A stretch of 60,069 nt of DNA, filler included, from Basidiobolus ranarum (GCA_040143965.1; 13 parts of 13 records of this genome joined end to end with filler, not necessarily neighbours in it), one strand, 5' to 3'. Counted from the whole stretch's first letter, positions 23,183 to 37,068 are shown. The notes: generated from the sequence alone by a model not told the origin. Translations and numbers: made by a program.

Positions 23183-24295
23183 TATTGAATTTGTTGAGAA
23201 ACACTGAGAAGTGTTGTAATCCTATATTCATTGAGACACACACTAAACCAAAAGGTTCAATTAGCTTCATTTATACTTTTTGATAGCAAAGTGAATTAGT
23301 CAGTGCCAAGATATCAGATGACTAATTCTGATAAAAGATAATGTGATTGGATATATATATAGATAGATAAGTGAGTCATGTATCAGCTGAAGTCTTGGCA
23401 GTGAAAGATCATTGGTTGTGAATCTTGTGATGCATATTGACTTCTGTCTAGGTAGATGACTCAGAGGTTAATACTGATTGGATCATGATCATGTGATTGG
23501 TCATATGATCTGATAAAAGGGATAAGTGAATAGATAGTTAGTCAGGTGATAGGTCACATGATAAAGTCACTGGATAAGGTCAGGTGACTAGTTAGCAATA
23601 ATGACAAACTAAACAGATATTCAAACAAGTGTATAGATATGGCATAAGTTTAAACAACTTTGTATGTTGGTGCACAACAATTCTGATACAGCTAAAAACT
23701 CTGCTTGTCCTGCTCAAAGAAGGTTTCCTATCAGAGCTAATACTCTTGCTACAACTGAGTGGGCTGTCTGCTACTTTGCAAATGCTCCATATGTGCCTAT
23801 ATTAGAGCATAGAAAATATTTCAGAGACGCAGGTATGGATATTACAAAGCTTATAAATATGAGGTATATGAATCACTACACTCTTGAGATTATACTTGAA
23901 AAGAGTGTTGTCTCAGAATTCTCTGTGGAAGTACATGATAGGCTTGATTGGGAGCCAATTGATCATTGCTCCAAGGAAAATGCTGGTACCTCACTTTATG
24001 TTCCCTTTGCTTTAAAGGACACTCTGCTTAAAAGATTTATTTACTTCTAAAAAATTCCTCCTCTCCACTTATAACAAAATTATGCACAACTTCTACATTT
24101 CCCAGGCTAAGGGTTTCCATCCCCAAACTTTTATCCTATATGAAGAGGTTTGTGAAGCTGCACTAAACAGGTGTTAGTGAGATTACCCTTTGACTTTTAC
24201 TTTAATCTTGGCTTCTTTATTTATTCATGTTGTATGACTTGAAATAAATAAAGATTATACCTTTGGGTGCTTTTCATCCCCCCTAACCCTAACCC
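23183..24295 (+). mobile_element. Putative non-autonomous non-LTR retroelement: repetitive 5' region, ORF1-like ORF 23664-24050, AATAAA, hairpin and (CCCTAA)2CCC tail
   Basis: The ORF motif YFANAPYVPILEHRKYFRDAGMDITKLINMRYMNHYTLEI recalls ORF1-like proteins of fungal LINEs (from memory). The sequence is CpG-poor like the other TEs, and the tail abuts a truncated LTR. Confidence 0.4.
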
Positions 24296-24620
24296 GGAGC
24301 CTGTTAGAAGTTGCTTTGACAACTTGAGAAATTGGTGGTTTGCACTGATTGAAATATTGAGTTGAGAGTTGACATTCATACTTTTGTCAAAAAACCCAAT
24401 GTGCAGAGTATGTTATAAAGCATCCCAGGAGTATGTGTGCAAAGTTTGGAGCTTCTAGCACAAGTTTGAAAAATGTACCTAACTGAGTACTTCTAAGTTA
24501 GAAAAAATATTCCAAGTAAATTTTAATTAAGAATAATGGGTGATATCTTAGTGAAATTTATGATAACTATGTACTAAGCTATGTATGACTATATGGGTGT
24601 GTAGGCAATGCTAGTTTCAA
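24296..24620 (-). mobile_element. Copia LTR family A, missing about 13 nt at its left boundary
   Basis: Begins GGAGCCTGTTAGAAG where intact copies begin TGTTAAAGTATTTGGGAGCCTGTTGGAAG; ends GTTTCAAC. Confidence 0.75.
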
Positions 24621-25202
24621 CTATACATAGCACGTGATGCAGTTTTCTCAGTTTTATAAATATTTGTTATCCAGTGGATGCGTAATTTCAGCTAGTAATT
24701 GAAGACATGCCTAGGAAAGTCAAGAAAAGTATATACAAGTATTGCTATCATTACAACATCCAATAGGTAAGCATATTACTGGCAAAGTTAGTGAAATTGC
24801 CTTCATAATGAGAAGGACTGTCATTTGAGCTTTGTGTAACAAATAACACGTTAATGCATTGACTCAACAAAGCTATATTGCCATCTAAAAAATGCATGCA
24901 AAAATTATACCTATTATGAGCGCTAGAGTACAATAGTAACATGCTCCTAATGTTAATCGTAGGGTTATTGTAAGCAGAGATAGATGAATAAATAGCAAAT
25001 GAGTGTCATGAAAAGTAGAGAATAAAAGGCTGTTCTTTAATTGAAATGGGAATAAATAATAATAGTATGGTTGGTATTACTGCTTTATAAAAGGAATATC
25101 ACTAGAACCTCTATTGACATAACAAATAGACTAGCCTATGCGTACAGTAAAAATCACAGTAAATTTGGACCCACCGGCGGTCAATATTTTGGTTCATGTC
25201 CA

Positions 25203-25454
25203 TTATTTGCACATGGACAAACAGTCGTTCTGACTCTTTTCATTGGATTTCATGGCTCTTTCAAGATCTTGAGTGCAGCTTGCTCTACAACCAACATCTC
25301 CACAATATCTGAAGCAAGAATTGTAGGTATCCAAAGCTATATTGCTACTTCTGGAGTATTCGCTAATGCATTGGGAGCCACAGTTAGAAGCGTTGGTAGA
25401 AGAGCCCATCAAGCATAGAGCCAAAAGCAACACAGAAATGGGTTTTTGAAGCAT
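25203..25454 (-). CDS. Small secreted cysteine-rich protein (83 aa)
   Basis: Signal-peptide-like N-terminus (QKPISVLLLALCLMGSSTNA), eight Cys in four CX3C motifs in the mature part, and a TATA-like TATATATA upstream. Confidence 0.75.
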   Translation of the reverse strand: MLQKPISVLLLALCLMGSSTNASNCGSQCISEYSRSSNIALDTYNSCFRYCGDVGCRASCTQDLERAMKSNEKSQNDCLSMCK

Positions 25455-26849
25455 TGTAATGGCGGTACAGTAGAGAGTGAAGAGATGGTTTCATTGGACT
25501 TCACTACAGACCAATATATATATGTTTTGTGAAAACATATAATAGGTGCGTGTGAATCTATGATGGACTTTGAAGTGAAGAACAAAAGTAGCAACCCAAG
25601 TCTAGTAACCCTTGTAAAGTTTTTACCTTACTAATGTGAGCATCTTTGTAACTCCAAGGATGCAGTTGGTAGCAAATTAGGAGTGATAATGCTTAATACT
25701 GGGCAGTATGCAAAGTAGGCGTAGGTTGTACTACCTAACGCTAGTTATTTGATATTGGCACTTGAGGTGTAATATTTACATAAAATATATAGATGCTAGT
25801 GTTAGATCAGTCAACTCGAAAAAACAGATGTTAGGATTTCATCAGCATGTATCTTTAGCCTGTTCTATTTATTCACCCGCATTGTTATTGTGACAAGTAT
25901 TCAATCTTTTTAAGCAAATCCCTATCTGTTACTATACCAAAATAAATCCAGATATGTATACTTTACGACATGAGTAAATCCTATACGCCTTAGAGTAGTT
26001 ACTAACATTAGATGCTGCGTAACTCGTTTGAAATACTACTAATTTGAAGCAAGCCTTGGGTCAGCATCCACTATTCAAGATAAATGATCCAATGATTTTA
26101 TCGAATAGCATACAGAAAGTTGTCGCGCAACACATATTAAGAAAGAGATTGTTTACAAATTGCTTACTATTGGCACATATAGGCTTAGTGTATGCATAGT
26201 TATCATATATTTGTGCAGCATCTCGGCAACTGGATAATAATGCAACTTCAGATTTTTTTTCGATCAATCATTAAAAGGCGCTGGGTGAGTTTTACGCCGT
26301 AGTTCCCAACATTAGTGTTACCCAGATATCTAAAACTATTGTATGAATTCAGACTTCAATAAATGATAATTGCTCATTTTAAGATTCACTTAATTGCCGA
26401 TAAATCCTGGCACAATGGAACAAGTCTAATATATAAAATATTGTGACGAAATAGATTTCAACTTGCCACCATAGCTCAACGCACAATGGTGTGTATTGGT
26501 TTTACGCAAATGTTTACGCAAATGAATGAATCAACTGGCATTGTCTGCACTAAGAAGGAAAAATATCCTTTCAAGATAATAATCCCAGCTCTCTATTCCC
26601 AAAACTCTTCCTTTGGGCTGCTCTATCAGAGTAGTTAATGCCCAACTGGTGCCAGAAAAAGAGGTCACGTATTTGGACATTTGCTTTAATCGGCATTGGT
26701 TTCACAATGGCATGTAGTTAATAAGTATTGTGATACATACACAACCTAAAATCAGCTGCTTAACTAGACAAGCCAGTCATAAATTTCTTGTGTTATATCT
26801 AAAATATTAATTCTTCTCATTTTAGATAAAGACACTGTATCTAGAATAT

Positions 26850-27400
26850 CTGCTCAACTTCATCCTCCTGCGGCAAACTACATCCCAGTACTATATTACA
26901 GGGTTTTGCATTGCTAATTATGTAAACAAGATCTTCATCAAAGAGTTACTACTGAGTTGATATAGGATTACCTAATTTCGATTTGTGTATAACCCGTATT
27001 GCAATGACCAATGGATTGATTTTGCAAAGGAGTGGCTTTATCATGGGTAAAGGTGATACAATAAGATGACAATCACTTTTGTGCAGGAATATGTGCTACA
27101 GGCCTTAAACCCAAGGCTTTTACTCGTACAGAGAGCCTGGATCGGAAGTCTACTGCTCTCTTGATCGAGCTGTACTCAAGACCCCTGTAATATCCATCGT
27201 ACAGCAATTCAGAACTTGTCTAATCTACACAATGAGCCTGCAAAGAGAAGGTCCCTTAGGATAGATCTGGTTCTACCAAGTATACAACAATGGTTCTTCG
27301 GTGTGATTCTTAACTGATGTCACAATGAGTTAGGATTTACTTGAATGGGAGTAACTATATATGATCAATCAGGGAGAATGATTCTCAGCTCATGATACAA
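26850..27400 (-). pseudogene. Possible highly decayed non-LTR reverse transcriptase
   Basis: Weak motif echoes MDITGVLST and GNPIS..LFDEDL in the expected order; many stops. Confidence 0.25.
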
Positions 27401-27812
27401 AATGTACAGTGAATACTAATAGAATGATGACCAAGCCAATGTGGCTGTCAATCCTGCAAATAATTCTGCTCCAGGTATGGATGATATCCTTCAGTTCTAA
27501 GTTGTTGTACTTGGCTAAGACTTCCATCAGGTCTTCCTTGTGGTGCGTGCAGGAAGATTGATGGTGTGGCTTATGCAACTACTTGATCCTGAAGACACCG
27601 GAGCAAGAATATACTGCCAGCCATCTACCCAGGTTGTATTTTACCATTTAATTACATGAGCAACAAAATGAATTAAATTTTTAGAAATATGAATAAAATG
27701 CAGACAGAAAATNNNNNNNNNNNNNNNNNNNNNNNNNNNNNNNNNNNNNNNNNNNNTTAATTAATTAANNNNNNNNNNNNNNNNNNNNNNNNNNNNNNNN
27801 NNNNNNNNNNNN

Positions 27813-27968
27813 GATTGTGCTGTATATATCATATTGGATAAAGTATTCTAAAATTTATGCGGCACAATTTGGCACTATCCATCACCCTCTGGCATGATCA
27901 ATTTCAATCACATTTACTCTAATGTATTGATCCAAGGTCCAATAAATCTTGGCATGAAGGAACAAGTC
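27813..27968 (+). repeat. Dispersed repeat shared with 54586-54736 (and a short match at ~26400-26427)
   Basis: GATTGTGCTGTATATATCATATTGGA...CCAAGGTCCAATAAATC...GGAACAAG is near-identical in the two contigs. Confidence 0.75.
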
Positions 27969-27969
27969 C

Positions 27970-28423
27970 TCTATTTATTGTAATACTGAAAACATGCTTG
28001 CAAATATACTAACAAAACCATTCAAAACTTCAAGCTTTGAGAAGTTAAGAGCAGGAATAGGCATTAGCAAATATAAGCACAATGCTGAATAAGAGTTAAG
28101 GGAAGGTGTTGGATAAGTGATCTTTATTCAACATCATAGTTAACTTTAGTTATGATACATATATCAGAAACAGAAAGCAACATATCTATAGCCCCTATAT
28201 TCTAAATGCAAATATCTCTATATCTATATAACAAGTATGTCTTATTACCCTCACTTATCTATTATATCTTATTACACAAACTTCTGAATATCTCAAACAT
28301 TTGATTTACTTTTCAACTATATAAGTCACCATACACTCTTGAGAATAAAATAACTAAAACACACTATGATAAGTTGCTTCTAATACTCAAAGTCTACCCC
28401 CTTTATGTCAAGATCCTCCAACA
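27970..28423 (+). mobile_element. Copia RNase H C-terminus, PPT and 3' LTR (family B, 28107-28423)
   Basis: ENMLANILTKPFKTSSFEKLRAGIG, then AGAGTTAAGGGAAGG|TGTTGG...CCAACA; a second copy of the LTR end lies at 55344-55453. Confidence 0.75.
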
Positions 28424-28660
28424 GTTTTCTTCACCATAGTGCTTCTTTTGTTGCTTCACAAGCCACCATGTGTACAGCATTGATTGTTGAAAGTGCTGTG
28501 ATGGGTTGTTTATTTAAACTCCAAGAAATAGCTTCCTTATAGCAAAAAAACAAGTATCCTGCTGCAGATCTCCAATCTACAATATGTGTTCCCCAATTTG
28601 CATCTGAATATCCCATCAGATCAAAGTCTGACCCAGAATGTGAATTTTAAGCACAGATCC
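28424..28660 (-). mobile_element. Copia RNase H fragment
   Basis: GYSDANWG, WRSAAGYLF, ISWSLNKQPITALST and ACEATKEALW. Confidence 0.85.
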
Positions 28661-29007
28661 TGTTAAAGCATTTAGGAGCCTGTTGGAAGTGGTTTGGAGA
28701 GTTGGATAAATTAGTGGTTTTACTCATTGATTTATTGAGTAGGAAGTTGACATTTATAATTTTCTCAGGGTGTAAGCAAACTAGCATGTAGAATGTATTA
28801 AGGAAGGTCCCAGAAATTTGTGTGCAAAGTTTGGGGCTTCTAGCACATGTTGCAAAAATCTGTATATCTGAGAAATTCTAAGTAGGTAAAAATATTCTAA
28901 GTAAATTCCAATTGAGAATAATGAATAATATCTTAGTGAAATATATATAAACTAAGTACTAAGATATATATAATTATATAGGGCTTTAGGCAAAGCTATT
29001 TTCAACA
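28661..29007 (-). mobile_element. Copia LTR family A (solo, no matching TSD)
   Basis: TGTTAAAG...TTTCAACA, 347 nt, colinear with 40549-40890. Confidence 0.8.
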
Positions 29008-30150
29008 CAAATCTGTGAAGAGTTTTCTTAACCATATTACTTCTTTTGTTGCTTCACAGGTAGCTATGTATTCTGCTTCTGTTGATGAAAGTGCAATAGT
29101 AGGTTGTTTCTTTCAATTCCAAGAAATAGCTCCTTTACAGCAAAGAAATAAGTATCCTGTCATAGATCTCCTGTCTTAAATATCACTTTGTCAACCTGCT
29201 GCTGAATATCCCATCAGATCAAAGTTTGATCCGGAATATATGTATTTTAAGCACAGATCAGTTGAAATTAGCATTGCCTAAATGCCTATATAGTCATATA
29301 TAGCTTGGTACTTAGTTATCTTATATTTCACTAAGATATTATCCATTATTCTCATTTGGAATTTACCTTGAATATCTTTACCAACATAGAAGTTCTCAGA
29401 AATATAGATTATTTCAAAGCTGTGCTAGAAGCCCCAAACTTTGCACACATACTCCTGGGACCTTCCTTAACACATTCTACATATTAGTTTGCTTACATCT
29501 TTATAAAACTATAAATGTCAACTGAATACTCGATAAGTCAAAAAGTGAAAACCATCAATTCCTGTGATTCTCTAAACCACTTCCAACAGGCTCCCAAATA
29601 CTTCAACAAGATCCCCAGTATCTTTCAAATATTTGAATATCCACTTGGCTGCTATGATTTGATCAGATCTACAACTTTGAAGATATTGGCACATAACTCC
29701 CACAGAATATGCAATATCTCGCCATGTTCCAACCATGATATACATAAAACTGCCAACAATAGATTGATGAGGAAATATCTGGATTTCATTTGAATCCAAG
29801 AACATCTGATATGAGCCATTTTTGGTCAAGGTAAGATTTTTCTCCATAGGGATAAACACCAAATTATATTGTTCCATTTTTGGTCAAGTTAAGATAATTC
29901 TCCATAGGGGTAGACACTGAACTACATTGTTCCATTTTAAGATTCTTTAGTATATATAGGATATACTAAGACTGGTTTAAAGTTACTGTTTTGGTAGTTC
30001 TATTTATCTCAATTTGGATTTCAAGATAGTATGGCAGTTCACCAGGATCAGTCATTTTGAATTCAAAAGATAAGCTAGATTTGGTTTTCTTCAGAGACTT
30101 CAAGTCATTGGTTGCAATAATAAGGTCATTTACATATGAGGCTAATAATA
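29008..30150 (-). mobile_element. Decayed copia RT and RNase H, interrupted by a solo LTR
   Basis: FPHQSIVGSFMY and WIFKYLKDTGDL|CLKY...RRSMTGYLF...KKQPTIALSSTEAEYIA. Confidence 0.85.
29260..29608 (+). mobile_element. Solo copia LTR family A with 5-bp TSD AGATC
   Basis: AGATC at 29255-29259 and 29609-29613 flanks a 349-nt LTR; the host reading frame rejoins once the insertion is removed. Confidence 0.85.
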
Positions 30151-30154
30151 TCCT

Positions 30155-31665
30155 AACAAAAAAAAATTGATTTTATCTGGATTGAATCCACCCTTCTGAA
30201 GCATAAAGCCATCAGAGGACCATCACAATATTGGTTGCTTGTAATCAGCCAGACATCTAGATGGTGAGACAGTGGCTTCCTAACAGCATTATGATGGTAA
30301 ATGCATATGGTGAAATAATGATACTCATATTTGCAATGTGTTATTAAATTTCCAAAATTTTTGGAAAAACCAATTTCCAAATGGCAAATTATTGGGCCTA
30401 TTGCTATAGGAGCTCAAATTAATAGGCATGCCTTTATTTAGATATTTTAGGCTTTACATTCCAGCCATAATGAGAATCCAAAAATAAAAGAATCTTGTTG
30501 TTTTTAGTCTCTACATATGCACATACTTGCCTGATAAGAAATAACTCAAACATCAATATGCTATACCAGCAAACCAATGGTGGAAAAATATATAAACATC
30601 TGATATTTTTAGTAGTGCTGACACTTGGCAAATAGCTGACTCTTGTTACCACTGACAAAGAGAATAAACTCTTGGATTTTGGCAAATTTCCATAAAGAAT
30701 TCAGCTAAAATATCTCCAAATTGCAGTCAACAAATGTCCAGCCACAAGTAGATATGTCATTGCTTGAATAGATCACCGCATGGTTAAAACAATAATACTT
30801 TGTATCGCAATCTATCTCACCAAGAAATCTGTCCCATAACAAAAATGAAATTAATTTGATCCAGATTAGATCCACCCTTCTGGATTGCTAAACCATCAAA
30901 GGACCATCACATTATTAGTTTAGAACTTACACTTGGCAAATAGCTGACTCTTGTTACCATTCACTATGAGAATAATATCTTGGATGTTGGCATATTTCTA
31001 TAAAAAATTCAGCCAAATTATCTCCAACTTGCAGTCAACAAATTTCTAGTCACAAGTAAATGTCTCATTGCTTGAAAAGATCACACTGTGGCTGACACAA
31101 TAATACTGCATATCTTGATCTATCTTACCAAGAAGTCTTTCTTGTAGCTTTCCTAGTAATACCATCAGATTATCCTCCCAACAAAAATACAATCAATGTG
31201 ATTCAGAATGGATCAACCCTTATGGATTGCAAAACCATTACTGAACTATCACAATATTGGTGGCTTGCATTCTACCAGGGATTTTGATGGTGAAACAGTG
31301 GCTTCTTGATGGTATTTTTTTGTTATTCATACATGCTAAATATTTGATTGTCATCTTTGGCAAGCATTATTTAATTGCCAATACTTTTCACAAACCACTA
31401 ATTTTTGAATGGCTATTTACTGGGTCTACTGCTATAGGAATTTGCTTCAATATGCATGCCTTTATTTAGATATTTTAGGCTTTGTATTCCAGCCATAATG
31501 AGAATCAAGAAATACAAGAATTTTGTGGTGTTTAGTATCTACATATGTACATACTTGACTGATCAGACATAATTCAACTACATCACTATGATTTACCAGC
31601 CAACTAATTGTGAAAAAATTGCCAAACATCAGAAATTTTGAATAGCACTGACACTTGACAAGTAG
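30155..31665 (-). mobile_element. Tandem partial copies of the CACTA internal segment
   Basis: Repeated blocks (e.g. ACACTTGGCAAATAGCTGACTC) match 8330-9060 directly and 39640-40330 in reverse complement. Confidence 0.65.
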
Positions 31666-32048
31666 TTCCTTAACAAATAGACTTGTTCCATTTTATTGAG
31701 CCAGATCAGGCCAGCTAAAAAGTATGCCAGCACAAATTGGCATGTATAGGCACTATCCAACATGATGTTATTTACCATTTTGGAAACAGTTTATTTTACT
31801 TATGTGGTATATTTAGGAGAAGTACTTTTAGACATTTTTACACATTCAAAAGATGAAGAAAACTTTATTCATAGTGTCTTCAGTCTAGAGCTCTCAATGG
31901 ATATCTTTGAATATGAATGTACTGAGTATTAATCAAGATTTTGACTACATTGCCTAACTATGATCAATGCCCACAAAATGAGTTTCCTCAATACTTTCCT
32001 GCTTCAATGTTATATCTCCATAGGAAACCAAAGCTAAGTTCTACTCTG

Positions 32049-32340
32049 GCCCCTAACAGAAATTTGAGGATATTTATCATAGAAAAACTGTCACTATTTT
32101 AATCCATTTGGGATTGACCAGTTACTTACCATCATCAAGTCATCAAATTAGATTTCATTTTGATCAATTTTTCAGTTTTGGGAGTGAAATTTCAAGATCT
32201 TGCAAAATAGTTGCACATGATTGGCTACAATCTCAGAGAACTATGTATCAACACATGTGCAAAAAACATAACTCAAATTTTACACAATTACCACCTGAAT
32301 GCTAATTTGTCACCTTTGAAATCCCTGGTCTCTTTGATAT
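32049..32340 (-). mobile_element. CACTA-like element terminus
   Basis: CCCTAACAGAAATTTGAGG end plus subterminal sequence matching 41050-41340. Confidence 0.65.
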
Positions 32341-32440
32341 NNNNNNNNNNNNNNNNNNNNNNNNNNNNNNNNNNNNNNNNNNNNTTAATTAATTAANNNN
32401 NNNNNNNNNNNNNNNNNNNNNNNNNNNNNNNNNNNNNNNN

Positions 32441-32783
32441 GGGCATGACCTTCTTACGGAGCTCAGGCGTACCCTTCTTGACGGTGGCCATGACCATATC
32501 TCCAACACCAGCAGCAGGGAGTCTGTTCAATCTACCCTTGATACCGGTAACGGCAATGATGTAAAGATTCTTGGCTCCAGAGTTATCGGCGCAATTGATA
32601 ACAGCGCCTACTGGGAGACCCAAAGACATACGAAACTTGTTTCCTGAAGCTCCTCCGCGTCCTAATAAAGGGTGGAAAGTGGTGATTAGTGTGATTGTTT
32701 AAGGCAATGTATCCTTCATCCACTGGTATCCATCCATTGAATTTATTTATTGAACTGCGTTGGTACATACCGCGCTTAGACAT
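32441..32783 (-). CDS. RPL23: 60S ribosomal protein L23 (uL14); exon 1 32783-32771, exon 2 32661-32441; 3' end missing
   Basis: [40 protein letters not shown]...[22 protein letters not shown] intron. Confidence 0.97.
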
Positions 32784-33202
32784 CTTGCTTTGTAAGGTGT
32801 TGAGGAAAGAACGACTCAATAATTACTAGGCCCGGTTTTGTCTCTCTCGATCTTTCCATCTCCAAGATACAACCCCATTTTTAAACAGGGGTGCTTGCTA
32901 GTGAGATCGCAAGTTTTTTTCCTTAGTCAAGATTGCAGATAGGTAAAGTCAAGAAAATCGCCAAGAATCCTGCTGCCTGAGGCCAATAAGGAACACATCT
33001 TGTTATAAGATCGTTGTTAAACTAATCAACATTCGGAAAATGATTCATAGAAAAAAATGAAAGTCCGTTCTTTTTTTTTCTGATGGGCAAGGGGTTCAAG
33101 ATCGATATGGGTTGGGGACGTAAACTTGACATGTTTAAAAAGCAAAATTTACAACAGGAACACTCCTTTCACTAATTCTTGGCATATACTCCTGATACCA
33201 CA

Positions 33203-33718
33203 ATGGTGAAGTTCATCAAGCCCGGTAAGGTGAGTTAGCAAAAACATTTACCCTAATTAGAATAGCGACTGAAAATCAACCAGAATACAACTGCATCTTC
33301 GAACTTTACTAAACCATCCATCTCAATTCGATAGGTTGCTATCGTTCTCCAAGGTCGTTATGCTGGTAAGAAGGTCGTCGTCGTCAAGAACTTTGACGAA
33401 GGTACCAAAGACCGTCCTTATGGTCACGCCATTGTTGCAGGTGTTGAAAGATACCCCCTTAAGGTAAACAAGTCCATGGGTAAGAAGCGTATTTCCAAGC
33501 GCTCCAAGGTCAAGCCTTTCATCAAGGTTGTCAACTACAATCACATCATGCCTACTCGTTACGCTTTGGAATTGGAAGAACTCAAGAAGTCTGTCTCCCA
33601 CGAATCTTTCCAAGAACCTACTCAAAGATCTGCTTCCAAGAAGAACAGCAAGAAGATCTTCGAGGAGCGTTATACTACCGGCAAGAACAAGTGGTTCGTC
33701 ACCAAGCTCAGATTCTAA
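33203..33718 (+). CDS. RPL27: 60S ribosomal protein L27 (eL27); exons 33203-33229 and 33335-33718
   Basis: [22 protein letters not shown]...[22 protein letters not shown]...[21 protein letters not shown] intron. Confidence 0.97.
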
Positions 33719-34233
33719 ATTTTGTGATTTCTTGTTGGTCTTCCAATTAGTTTGCCGAGCTATATAGAGGACATTTATTCTCGGTTCTCACTGCAATGTG
33801 GGTTACCGTGGATATGAGAAAGCCAAAAATAAATCTATTTAAATCGTACATTCTATTTTATTGATATATTATATTGAACTCCGCTAAAGAATTTGAGGTT
33901 GTTTCCAAAATCATCAATAAACACCAGCACGAACGGTTGGCTGTCAGAAAGTTGGAACATTTGATGGGTAGTCGTTGAGTCGTTCTAATGAATCATCACA
34001 CCTATGCTACGCTAAAGCTAGTCAAGTATTTACTAATAAATCTATCGTGCTTTAAATCAACCATTCGTTCCTTTGCAAGAACCCAACTTTACTGCCATCT
34101 CAGTGTATATCTTTGGAAATTTATTAATGTATAAAGGTTGAACTTGAATACACAACGATGAGACTTAGAAATTCTGTACAGCCCGATGAACTCTGTTTCA
34201 TTTCAATTTGGCTAGCCAAAGTTTATCAACGTC

Positions 34234-36202
<1,969 letters not shown>

Positions 36203-36784
36203 TGTATGTATTTCAAAATTAGGTACACGAGAATAAATAAAACAAAATAAACGTTCTTATTTTTGTATCTCTCAAGTGGTTGATGGAATAAAGGAACAAG
36301 TTGACTTTTTCTTTCACTTGTTCAAAGCCTTAAACTAACCTATACGTATTACCGTCTCTACCCAACTAAAATTAATTCCTCATTGATGACGTTCTCAGAT
36401 CTATCCTTTCGAAAACTATTATCTGCTAATATAAATGTGGTAAATAAAATTCCATCTTTTTCCACTTGCTAAAATATTTGTAATTCAACTCAGCTTACGT
36501 CATATCTGAACTCGGATTGGGGTTAGGGTTGAGGGACATGATTAAATTAGACATAACTTAACCTTTGATTTTATGAGCCAATTTACAAGGCTCATCAGAA
36601 AGAGTAAAACAATTTTTTTTTCTCGAAGTCTAAAAAAAAGAATCCTTTCCAAGAAAAAAGAAATTCACCATATTCTGTTAAAGCATAGATATCAAGTGAA
36701 ATTTTGAACTTCATATAAATTCAAATAAACAAATAAATAATACCTTATTAGGTTCAACTGCTGAGAAACACACTTGATACGAGA

Positions 36785-36968
36785 ATGCCAAAGAGAGTTA
36801 AAGCAGTTAAACCGGTAGTGTTACCCGAGTTACCAGAGGAAGTCAAAGTTATGGACTTGAATGATATGGAGGCAGATTCTGACGACTTTGAAGAGATAGC
36901 CGAGCAAAAAGACGAATTCAGTGAAGATGGAGGCTCAGAATGTGAAACTGACGACGATGATATGGCTG
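36785..36968 (+). CDS. 5' end of a protein with a basic then acidic N-terminus, possibly a ribosome-biogenesis factor
   Basis: MPKRVKAVK followed by an Asp/Glu tract; upstream PAC-like GCTCATC (~36590) and RRPE-like TGAAATTTT (~36697). Confidence 0.6.
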
Positions 36969-37068
36969 NNNNNNNNNNNNNNNNNNNNNNNNNNNNNNNN
37001 NNNNNNNNNNNNTTAATTAATTAANNNNNNNNNNNNNNNNNNNNNNNNNNNNNNNNNNNNNNNNNNNN

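Noticed and set aside
24281-24295. Telomerase RNA template
   Set aside because: It sits at a TE junction in CpG-depleted repeat DNA, and no supporting pseudoknot or CR4/5-like structure is visible.
31680-32030. Faint Ty3/gypsy RT-like text (YVVYLGEVLLDIFTHSKDEE)
   Set aside because: The catalytic YLDD is absent and the similarity is too weak.
33323-33625. Antisense ORFs over RPL27, RPT1, the kinase, the ABC transporter and RasGEF
   Set aside because: These are shadow frames of conserved genes on the opposite strand or in an alternative frame.
36519-36533. GGGTTAGGGTT telomere-like or Tbf1-like motif in the RPT1 divergent promoter
   Set aside because: Fewer than two repeat units; it cannot be distinguished from chance without genome-wide enrichment data.
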